Shown here in pieces: positions 19,237 to 26,582 of a stretch of DNA of 64,000 nucleotides. The DNA lies in the NCBI GenBank assembly GCA_029068165.1, contig JAIEDA010000013.1, forward strand, positions 71,863 through 135,862, read 5' to 3'. The translations under genes and the position numbers were made by a program. This DNA is from Clostridia bacterium. GTDB taxonomy: Bacteria; Bacillota; Clostridia; Christensenellales; UBA3700. A model generated the notes under the pieces. It did not search any database. It was not told where the DNA came from and worked only from the letters and a program-made list of their open reading frames with translations. Each line of letters starts with the position of its first letter. The first letter of the stretch is position 1.

Positions 19237-19875
19237 CTATTTTATAGATTTGATTTTTGTAATATCGCCGTTGCACAAAACTTCAAGATTATCAAATATT
19301 TTTTCGGCGGACCAATTCCACCATTTCAAATCCAACAAAAAATTAATCGTTTCGTCGTCAAATCTTTTACGTATTATCTTAATCGGATTACCGCCTACTA
19401 TGTGATACGGGGGCACGTCTTTCGATACGACCGAATTTGCGCCGATAATAGCGCCGTCGCCTATATGAATACCCGGCAGTATTGTGACGTTTTGTCCAAT
19501 CCAAACGTCATTTCCGACCACGGTATCACCCTTCAACGGCAAATCGTCCAACGACGGAGTTGCTTTTTCCCACCCGTTTCCCATAATGTTAAAAGGATAA
19601 GTCGTAACTGAACTCATACGGTGATTAGCCCCGTTCATAATAAACTCCACGCCTTTGGCAATAGCGCAAAATTTCCCTATAATCAATTTGTCGCCGTTAA
19701 ATTCATAATGATGCGTAACGTGTTTTTCAAAGTTTTTCGCGTCTTCGTTGTCATCGTAATAAGTATAGTCCCCGACTATAATATTAGGACGAGTTATCAC
19801 GTTTTTTATATAGCATAAACTTGGTATTTTATCATTTGGAAACGCTTTATTTGGATCAGGGCCTAACGTTCGCAT
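19237..19875 (-). CDS. vat: Vat-family streptogramin A O-acetyltransferase (xenobiotic acetyltransferase, hexapeptide repeat)
   Basis: 212 aa, colinear by eye with Vat(D)/SatA over nearly the whole length (GKFC.I..GV..IMNGANHRM...YPF...GNGWEK, GDT.IGNDVWIG, GGNP...I..RF...TI..LL..KWWNW). Confidence 0.9.
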   Translation of the reverse strand: MRTLGPDPNKAFPNDKIPSLCYIKNVITRPNIIVGDYTYYDDNEDAKNFEKHVTHHYEFNGDKLIIGKFCAIAKGVEFIMNGANHRMSSVTTYPFNIMGNGWEKATPSLDDLPLKGDTVVGNDVWIGQNVTILPGIHIGDGAIIGANSVVSKDVPPYHIVGGNPIKIIRKRFDDETINFLLDLKWWNWSAEKIFDNLEVLCNGDITKIKSIK

Positions 19876-19971
19876 ATCTCCACCGCCTTAATTATATTTT
19901 CCATTATGCACGCCGCTTTATTTATTATACTCGCATATAAACTTAAAGTCAAATATTGATTTTAAACGACG

Positions 19972-20003
19972 AAGAGCGTAGAATTATAAAATTCCACGCT
20001 CTT
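19972..20003 (-). terminator. Hairpin terminator candidate after the XRE-family gene
   Basis: AAGAGCGT...ACGCTCTT 8-bp stem with an inner GAATT/AATTC stem. The downstream U-tract is imperfect. Confidence 0.45.
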
Positions 20004-20039
20004 TCGAAAGCATTACGCAACGATGCAAATACCTTATTG

Positions 20040-20948
20040 TTAAATATAATCTATGTTCTTTTCATTTATTTTTGCTATCTTAGCGCTATAAAACAACAGC
20101 GACGGAATGAACGTAAACGGCGAAGCCACTATCGCTAAGAACAAACAAATAATGATAGACCCCAAAAACACTACTATCGCAATAAAGAACAACACTACTT
20201 TAGCAATTAATAAAAATATCAACCCGTCGGGTGAAAAAGAAAATATAACGCCCGGCAAATTCATTATATGTCCGCCTCCAGTGCATATCGAATACACAAT
20301 GCCCTCAACGCGTTTGCCCCATATCATTTGCGAAGTGAAAGTATACGCAAATACGGCAAGTATGCAACCGGGAGCAAAATAGGATATAAAGTCGCCCTTA
20401 TTTTCAGCCTGAAGCCCCATTACCAAAAAAGTAACAAACACGATTACCGCGGGAATTAAAGCGACCAAAAGCGCAATATTACGAACTTTCTTCCATTTGC
20501 CTTTCTTATCTTGAACTCTATTCTTTCGTCTTTGAACTTCGGCTTCCCTTTCTCTTTGCTCTGCATTAATGCGGTCTTCTTCGGCTTGTCTTTCAAGCTC
20601 TACGCACGCTTTACATATCAATTTAGGATTAGTAATCGCTTCCTCGCCCTCGCGCACAACTTTACCGCATTGCACGCACATACCTATTATATCGGCTTGT
20701 ACGGCTTGTGCGCCCAACGTCACGCCGCTGGACAAATCCGAGGACGCTTCTTCAACGCCGTCCTCAAAATAAGATATAGGGACTTGAAATATTTTTGCCA
20801 TTTTTGAAATCGTTTCAAAGTCAGGCAATGACTCGCCTCGTTCCCACTTAGAAACCGCTTGATACGTGACGTTGAGTTCGTCGCCAAGCTCGGCTTGGGT
20901 CATACGGTTTTTCTTTCTTAGTCGAGCGATTTTTTCTCCGTAATTCAT
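20040..20948 (-). CDS. Membrane-tethered XRE-family transcriptional regulator with zinc-ribbon linker
   Basis: Residues 1-65 form an HTH_XRE domain (RMTQAELGDELNVTYQAVSKWERGESLPD). Next come CVQCGK...CKAC, a Glu/Arg-rich helix, and about 4-5 TM helices. Confidence 0.75.
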   Translation of the reverse strand: MNYGEKIARLRKKNRMTQAELGDELNVTYQAVSKWERGESLPDFETISKMAKIFQVPISYFEDGVEEASSDLSSGVTLGAQAVQADIIGMCVQCGKVVREGEEAITNPKLICKACVELERQAEEDRINAEQREREAEVQRRKNRVQDKKGKWKKVRNIALLVALIPAVIVFVTFLVMGLQAENKGDFISYFAPGCILAVFAYTFTSQMIWGKRVEGIVYSICTGGGHIMNLPGVIFSFSPDGLIFLLIAKVVLFFIAIVVFLGSIIICLFLAIVASPFTFIPSLLFYSAKIAKINEKNIDYI

Positions 20949-21226
20949 AATTGATATTTTCTCCTATTTAGTTTTTCAATTTGATTTAATTTTACACTTT
21001 CACGGATAAAAATTCAATATTATTCTCTCAACCGTTAGTTGAATTGCTGTATAATCAGTTGAAAACGCTATTATTTTAGTTTTTTTACGACTGACTCATA
21101 TAGTTACATTTGATATTTTTCTCTTTTGCAAAACTTCTTAAATTCCCCTATTTCAAACGCTTTGCCAAACGTGACGATAAGCGTTTCTTTACTCATAATT
21201 ATTTTGAAAATTGTAAACGTTTTATC

Positions 21227-21700
21227 TTAACAGCGATTTAATATATCAATCGCTTCTTGAATATGCTTCTCTTCAAGTCCTCGTCCAAAGTTGGGATTGG
21301 TCTTAACAAAATACGGAGACAAATCTCCCCAACCGAATTGATCGTCGTCTATGATTACGAACGCCTCTATCTTTTCACTGCAATCGTTTAGCCATTGCTT
21401 GATTTCTTCCTTTCTCAAAGTATAATCTCTATGAAGCGGCGTTCTACTGTAAACGAACAAACCGTATTTTGCAAAGGTCTTGTTTATGTACATTCCGTCC
21501 TCGTCGCAAAGATTTGGATCTTCGTTCCAATGAGCTCTCCAAGTTGAACTAAGAACGATTTTAGCGCCCGTAGTATCGACTAATTTTTTCAGCAACGGCA
21601 ACCGCGTTTCGTCAATATCGGAAAGAATATTCCAATCTCGCAATCTATCATACGCTCGCGAGTTAAGAACGCCGTCAATATCAAGAAATATAATTTTCAT
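21227..21700 (-). CDS. HAD-superfamily phosphatase-like protein (stand-alone HAD domain)
   Basis: 157 aa. Motif I FLDIDGVLN, SSTWR and IIDDD are consistent with the small HAD domains seen in polynucleotide-kinase/phosphatase-type proteins. Confidence 0.6.
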   Translation of the reverse strand: MKIIFLDIDGVLNSRAYDRLRDWNILSDIDETRLPLLKKLVDTTGAKIVLSSTWRAHWNEDPNLCDEDGMYINKTFAKYGLFVYSRTPLHRDYTLRKEEIKQWLNDCSEKIEAFVIIDDDQFGWGDLSPYFVKTNPNFGRGLEEKHIQEAIDILNRC

Positions 21701-21849
21701 ATTTACCCTTTCCTATTTATTAAATTCTTTTTCCGCAGTTTTGCTGTGAATATTGCTTTGTCCAAACGCCGTAACGCTGCCTACTACAATTCCATTATAT
21801 TCTATCGCAAAAGCAAACGTATTAGCCTTATCGGCGCTATGCACATCTA

Positions 21850-22284
21850 TTATGCTGCGTTTTTGTAGCTGATTAAGACGTGATTTACTGCAAAGATAAC
21901 GGCGAAAATAAATAACGGTATATTAGCCAAAATTATGCTACTGAATAAAAAGATACAAGACGGAATTATCGAAAGCGACAACGCTTTCAGTTTACCGTTA
22001 CTATTCCAAAGTATTATCCAAAAAATCAAGTATGCTAGGCACAAAACGCCGTTTACGGACAAATAAACGGTAAGCGCATGGGCAAACCAAAAATTTAAGT
22101 ACAAATACGGAACATTGAAAATCATAAAGACAAAACTGCCGTATCTTCCGATTTGCTCGAAAATAGCAACAGCTTTATTATTATAGTTATTCGCTACTCC
22201 ATTCTTGCATTTTGCGGCGTAAATGATATTGGGTGTCATAACTATCGCCATAATTGCAAGTCCGTAATAATTAAACCATCCCAT
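21850..22284 (-). CDS. Hypothetical polytopic membrane protein
   Basis: 144-aa ORF with four hydrophobic segments and no recognisable motif. Confidence 0.45.
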   Translation of the reverse strand: MGWFNYYGLAIMAIVMTPNIIYAAKCKNGVANNYNNKAVAIFEQIGRYGSFVFMIFNVPYLYLNFWFAHALTVYLSVNGVLCLAYLIFWIILWNSNGKLKALSLSIIPSCIFLFSSIILANIPLFIFAVIFAVNHVLISYKNAA

Positions 22285-22371
22285 ATATTGATTATACCAA
22301 ACTATAAAAAATTACTCAAGCATAAATAATTAAACTAAATAAAGCAACCCCTAATCTTAATCAACAAGAAT

Positions 22372-22929
22372 CTAAAACGCCTTTAGTTTTGCTAATTCGG
22401 TATACTTTTTTACAAAGTCAGTCTTTGCATTTGTATAAGCGTCTCTATTTCGCTCAAATTTTTTCCAAAGCTGTAATTTTAATTCTTCATATTCTTTTGC
22501 GACTTCGCTATGCTCATTCAAATAATCGCGAAAATATATTTCGTCCTTATCGTTTTCTAGCCTAACGTGCAAATGGAAAACCCTATCAGCAAAACCGTTT
22601 TCAGTGTATCCCTTATTCAATGAAATACGATTATCGTTTTCCGACATAACGACGTAACCGTTTTTTTGCAAGGTTTTAGCAGTAACTTTTAACTCTTCGT
22701 TGGATTTTACGACTATCAATATATCTATTATCGGTTTCGCCCAAATGCCATTTATAGCAGTGCTACCTATATGAAAATATTCTATATAAGGCGGCAAAAT
22801 ATTTTTTAATACGGCAATTTCTTCTTGATACCAATCTACCCAATAAGACTTATGCTCCGTTAAATAGATAGGAAATAATTCCCAAAGCTCTTCAAGTGTC
22901 ATTTCGGAAAGTTTTTTGACTGATTTCAT
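22372..22929 (-). CDS. GrpB-family protein (nucleotidyltransferase-fold)
   Basis: 185 aa. HIGSTAINGIWAKPIIDILI and the FRDYL...EY..LK motifs are typical of the GrpB/DUF98 family. Confidence 0.75.
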   Translation of the reverse strand: MKSVKKLSEMTLEELWELFPIYLTEHKSYWVDWYQEEIAVLKNILPPYIEYFHIGSTAINGIWAKPIIDILIVVKSNEELKVTAKTLQKNGYVVMSENDNRISLNKGYTENGFADRVFHLHVRLENDKDEIYFRDYLNEHSEVAKEYEELKLQLWKKFERNRDAYTNAKTDFVKKYTELAKLKAF

Positions 22930-23082
22930 ATTTAAATAATATCAAAATACAAACGATTTTTCAAGCTCTTAAAAATACTACGTAAGAAAATAATCACCAT
23001 TTATTAATTTCAATATACTATCGTCACTAATTTGTTAGCGAAATACGGACAAATAATAAAAAAATCTTATAAGTCAATCAAA

Positions 23083-23556
23083 TTATAATTTGCATACCAT
23101 TAAGTATTCTTCTAGATTTTCTTCAATGATTTGAAAACCAACTTTCTTATACATTTTTACGGCGTAGTTTGCTTTTTGAACTGATAGCGAAACTCGTTTA
23201 TAACCGCCTTGTTTGAGTTGCAGTAACATATTGCGCATTAAATCCGTCCCTATGCCATACCCTCTATATTCTTTATAAAGTGATATAGCAAGCGACGGCG
23301 TATCGTTGTCAATATGCCCATAATCATCCATAATCCTCGTCCAAACCGCCCCGACAATTTTACCGTCGACTTCCGCAAGCAATGCAATATCGTCTTTTTG
23401 TTTGCCAAAATCTTTAACGTAAACTTGTAGGTCCTTGTTTTCAATTATATTCTTGGGCGGCGGGGTTATTCCTTGCGGAATGAAAATCGCGTTATATAAA
23501 AAGTCGTTCAACAAAAAATATTCGCTTGGTTGCATTTTTCGTATATTGTATTTCAT
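23083..23556 (-). CDS. GNAT-family N-acetyltransferase
   Basis: 157 aa with acetyl-CoA binding motif A (YRGYGIGTDLM). Confidence 0.8.
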   Translation of the reverse strand: MKYNIRKMQPSEYFLLNDFLYNAIFIPQGITPPPKNIIENKDLQVYVKDFGKQKDDIALLAEVDGKIVGAVWTRIMDDYGHIDNDTPSLAISLYKEYRGYGIGTDLMRNMLLQLKQGGYKRVSLSVQKANYAVKMYKKVGFQIIEENLEEYLMVCKL

Positions 23557-23597
23557 AAATCAATTATAGCAATATCACGTTGAAAAATCAAATATTA

Positions 23598-23633
23598 AAA
23601 GGTCGATAAAAACTATGTTTTTATCGACCTTTA
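23598..23633 (-). terminator. Intrinsic terminator after the UppS-like gene
   Basis: Near-perfect hairpin AAAGGTCGATAAAAAC-at-GTTTTTATCGACCTTT (the two central pairs are mismatched), followed on the minus strand by TTTTAATATTT. Confidence 0.7.
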
Positions 23634-23666
23634 GCGGCTCAAAAGCAGTAACTTAAAACGAAATGT

Positions 23667-24272
23667 TCAACCTCCCAACGTTACGTCTTGACGGGCATAC
23701 CATTCTAACGCGTCGTCCAAATGCTTCTCTTGAAAATTAGGCCATAAATCATCAACTACGTAAAAATCGGAATAAACCGTTTGCAGCGGCAAAAAACCTG
23801 ACAAACGCCGCATTCCTCCCCAACGAATAACCATATCTATTCTTGGAATTTTACGTGAGAGCCAATCGTTTTTCATATCCCATTCCCAACCGTAATTCAC
23901 TAAAAAATTAACTTTCATTTTGTTGTTTGACGAGTCTTTTCCCTCAGTATATGGAAGTAATTCTGCCGGAAAACAGTTTGATTTTGTATTACCGCATACG
24001 TATAATGATACGCCCTCTTTTTCAATTAATTTAACCGCATTACAGCAAGCTGTTTTGAAAGCTTCAACTTGTTCTTTGGGGCGTTTGCAGTTGTCGACAG
24101 TAAAGCCGTAATAAGTTATTTCCTCTATACCGCGTTGTTTTGCGGCGCGTAGCAACTTCAACCCCGGTAGAAGTCCGTTGTCATATCCGTTTTCCTTTCT
24201 TAATCCGTTTTGCGCTGCCCAACGTCTATTTCCATCGGGTATTATTCCTATATGCGTAGCCTTATGTTGCAT
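23667..24272 (-). CDS. Short, divergent cis-prenyltransferase (UppS-family paralog)
   Basis: 201 aa. HIGIIPDGNRRWA substrate-binding motif near the N-terminus and RWGGMRRLSGFLPLQ...LWPNF, equivalent to IRTSGE.RLSNFLLWQ...LWPDF of UppS. Confidence 0.7.
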   Translation of the reverse strand: MQHKATHIGIIPDGNRRWAAQNGLRKENGYDNGLLPGLKLLRAAKQRGIEEITYYGFTVDNCKRPKEQVEAFKTACCNAVKLIEKEGVSLYVCGNTKSNCFPAELLPYTEGKDSSNNKMKVNFLVNYGWEWDMKNDWLSRKIPRIDMVIRWGGMRRLSGFLPLQTVYSDFYVVDDLWPNFQEKHLDDALEWYARQDVTLGG

Positions 24273-24438
24273 TTTCTTATCCCATATTAAATTTCATCTT
24301 GATTATTGGTATTATTTGCAAAAATATACTACGCAATTTCCCGTGACTAAATATTATAAAAGCGCTTAACAAAACGAGCTAATGCCTGGCAATTTCTTGC
24401 TTTGCCAATGTAGCTAATATTAGATAAAGATACAAGAA

Positions 24439-24463
24439 AGTACAAACCATTTTGGTCCGTACT
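24439..24463 (-). terminator. Terminator candidate after the YdeI-like gene
   Basis: Minus-sense AGTAC...GTACT imperfect hairpin followed by TTCTTGTATCTTT. Confidence 0.35.
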
Positions 24464-24507
24464 TAAATACTATTGTCTAAGCGATAGTAACTAATAAACA
24501 AATTATA

Positions 24508-25068
24508 CTACATAGGCTTTAGATTTCTATTGAGTCTATTGACAATCCAAGCAATACGCTTTTCTCGCCCTGCTATTGTTTTTGCGTCCAAATACGCCTT
24601 TGTATAAGTCTTTTTTACTGACAAAGACATTTCCTGAAAGTTGTTATAGGCAAGTTCATACTCTCTTAATACTTCGGACAAACAAGCTATTTGTTCGTCT
24701 GTAACAACGGCAGGCTTAGGCGCATCCCATTGCCCGTTTTGTTTTGCTTCTTCTATTTTCTTTCTTCCGAAATCGGTCATAAGTCCGCGTTCTTCAAGAC
24801 TATTTGCCAAAGCCTTGTTTTTAATTGACCATTTGCTGTTTGCTCTACGCATAGAAAAATATTTCTTATAGACTTTTTCGTCAATGCTTTGCATTTGTCC
24901 GTCAATCCAACCAAAGCAAAGCGCTTCCTCCAACGCTTCCTCAGCAGTAATTGTTTTCGTTTCTTTAGACTTTCCGAATAAAAGCCAAACGCCGTCATTT
25001 GATAGACAATGCGTATCTAGCCATTTCCTAAATTCAGCTCTATTAGCAAATTTTAGAATTTCGCTCAT
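24508..25068 (-). CDS. YdeI/OmpD-associated (OmdA) family protein
   Basis: 186 aa. F..RAEFRKWL...GVWLLFGK and EEALCFGWIDGQ, then ...RR.NS.WS..N, match the family pattern. Confidence 0.75.
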   Translation of the reverse strand: MSEILKFANRAEFRKWLDTHCLSNDGVWLLFGKSKETKTITAEEALEEALCFGWIDGQMQSIDEKVYKKYFSMRRANSKWSIKNKALANSLEERGLMTDFGRKKIEEAKQNGQWDAPKPAVVTDEQIACLSEVLREYELAYNNFQEMSLSVKKTYTKAYLDAKTIAGREKRIAWIVNRLNRNLKPM

Positions 25069-25164
25069 TTCAAATATTCCTTTACCTTTCTAATTTTGAT
25101 TTAATCATATTAAATAAACAAATATTAATCGTATAACCTTTGCCCAAAACGAGTTTTATAATTA

Positions 25165-25746
25165 TTAATCTTTACTACAGCGCTCTCTATTATTTTTAAG
25201 CCATTTATTAAATTGTCGAACAATTGAAAATACGACGTATATCCAATTTGTAAAAAATAATGCCATTAGCTCTTCTTCCACGGTACACCATTTTGGGTTA
25301 ATTGCAACCAAATAGTACTGTAATATAGTTGTAACGTTAATAATTGAAATTGAAACAATGTTTACAATAATAGTTAAATTATAATTTCGTTTAAAAAAGA
25401 GCCTTATAATTGAACATTTATTTGCGCTTTCGATTTGTTTGTCCTGATTTTCTTTAGCTTTACTCTTGTCATAGTATTTAGGTTCGACTTGGTCATAAAA
25501 ATGTATGTCAAAAGTTAGAATTACACCAATTAAAAAAGTGTTTATCATGATTAGTTCCGACACGGTTATTGAGTGATTATTATAATAATAAAATCCGTTA
25601 ATTGCTTCGTCAAATTCGCATGGAATAAAATTGCAAACGCCAATAAGGAATATGCAAAAAGTTATGACGGGAAAAAATGCAACTGCAAAATATAATGTAA
25701 ACAAAAGTATTAATTTAATTATTTGTAGTGCTTTGCGTAATTTCAT
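25165..25746 (-). CDS. Hypothetical membrane protein (very AT-rich gene)
   Basis: 193-aa ORF with several hydrophobic segments and no motif. Composition is noticeably more AT-rich than the flanking core genes. Confidence 0.4.
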   Translation of the reverse strand: MKLRKALQIIKLILLFTLYFAVAFFPVITFCIFLIGVCNFIPCEFDEAINGFYYYNNHSITVSELIMINTFLIGVILTFDIHFYDQVEPKYYDKSKAKENQDKQIESANKCSIIRLFFKRNYNLTIIVNIVSISIINVTTILQYYLVAINPKWCTVEEELMALFFTNWIYVVFSIVRQFNKWLKNNRERCSKD

Positions 25747-25810
25747 TTGTATTGCCTCAAAATATTATTTCAATAAAAATTGCACTTGCCGTAAGGCAAA
25801 TTTAATTGAA

Positions 25811-25842
25811 AGACCTAAAACGAAGTAATTCGTTTTAGGTCT
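25811..25842 (-). terminator. Terminator of the six-tRNA operon
   Basis: Perfect 14-bp hairpin AGACCTAAAACGAA-gtaa-TTCGTTTTAGGTCT immediately 3' of tRNA-Tyr. Confidence 0.7.
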
Positions 25843-25846
25843 TATG

Positions 25847-25931
<85 letters not shown>

Positions 25932-25944
25932 ATATTAAAACTTT

Positions 25945-26020
25945 TGGAGCTGGTGATCGGAATCGAACCAACAACCTGCTGATTACAAATCAGCTGCTCT
26001 GCCTATTGAGCTACACCAGC
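25945..26020 (-). tRNA. tRNA-Thr (anticodon UGU)
   Basis: 76 nt. Acceptor GCTGGTG/CACCAGC, anticodon loop TTTGTAA, encoded CCA. Confidence 0.9.
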
Positions 26021-26036
26021 GCATACCATAATGGTA

Positions 26037-26112
26037 TGGTGCCTCGGGGCGGAATCGAACCACCGACACGGGGATTTTCAGTCCCCTGCTCTACCGACTG
26101 AGCTACCGAGGC
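26037..26112 (-). tRNA. tRNA-Phe (anticodon GAA)
   Basis: 76 nt. Anticodon stem-loop GGGGA-CTGAAAA-TCCCC, encoded CCA. Confidence 0.9.
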
Positions 26113-26165
26113 ATAAATTAAGAGATTACGCATAATCTCGAAATTTATTAGTATATTAAATTTGT

Positions 26166-26242
26166 TGGCGACTCGGAAGGGACTCGAACCCTCGACCTCT
26201 AGCGTGACAGGCTAGCGTTCTAACCAACTGAACTACCGAGCC
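26166..26242 (-). tRNA. tRNA-Asp (anticodon GUC)
   Basis: 77 nt. Anticodon loop CTGTCAC, T-loop GGTTCGAGTCC, encoded CCA. Confidence 0.9.
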
Positions 26243-26265
26243 AAATTCCATTTAATATTTTTTAT

Positions 26266-26342
26266 TGGTGGGCCATCAAGGACTCGAACCTTGGACCGAC
26301 CGGTTATGAGCCGGTTGCTCTAACCAACTGAGCTAATGGCCC
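26266..26342 (-). tRNA. tRNA with CAU anticodon (elongator Met or lysidine-modified Ile2; not an initiator)
   Basis: 77 nt. Anticodon stem-loop ACCGG-CTCATAA-CCGGT lacks the three consecutive G-C pairs of initiator tRNA. The body resembles ileX-type tRNAs. Confidence 0.8.
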
Positions 26343-26368
26343 ACGCATATTTTGACGCTTTCGCAATT

Positions 26369-26445
26369 TGGTCGGGGTGAAGAGATTCGAACTCCCGGCC
26401 CCATGGTCCCAAACCACGTGCGCTACCAAACTGCGCTACACCCCG
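26369..26445 (-). tRNA. tRNA-Pro (anticodon UGG)
   Basis: 77 nt. Acceptor CGGGGTG/CACCCCG, anticodon loop TTTGGGA, encoded CCA. Confidence 0.9.
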
Positions 26446-26474
26446 ACGACGCAACATAAACTTGCGACTACTCA

Positions 26475-26503
26475 ACTATACTATATATTAAGTAATTTGT
26501 CAA
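26475..26503 (-). promoter_or_regulatory. Strong sigmaA-type promoter of the tRNA operon
   Basis: Minus-sense TTGACA, 17-nt spacer, TATAGT, located about 30 nt upstream of tRNA-Pro. Confidence 0.65.
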
Positions 26504-26582
26504 GGAATTTTTCTTACTTTTTGTATATTTTTTTGGCGGTACTTTATGCGCCGCCAAAAGAATAATACGCGCTTAGTTTTGG

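Noticed and set aside
21103-21195. 30-codon minus-strand sORF (MSKETLIVTFGKAFEIGEFKKFCKREKYQM) downstream of the HAD gene
   Set aside because: It has no Shine-Dalgarno and no recognisable family. It overlaps an AAACGCTT...AAGCGTTT hairpin and is more likely non-coding spacer.
18277-25846. Calling the accessory patch a mobile element or genomic island
   Set aside because: I saw no integrase, recombinase, transposase or phage genes. I saw no direct repeat of the tRNA-Tyr or tRNA-Gly 3' ends by eye. It is reported only as a variable region.
26531-26559. Hairpin TTTTGGCGG...CCGCCAAAA after ispH-S1, considered as an intrinsic terminator
   Set aside because: The T-run precedes the stem and an A-run follows it when read in either orientation, so there is no 3' U-tail. 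I left it as an unexplained hairpin rather than calling a terminator.
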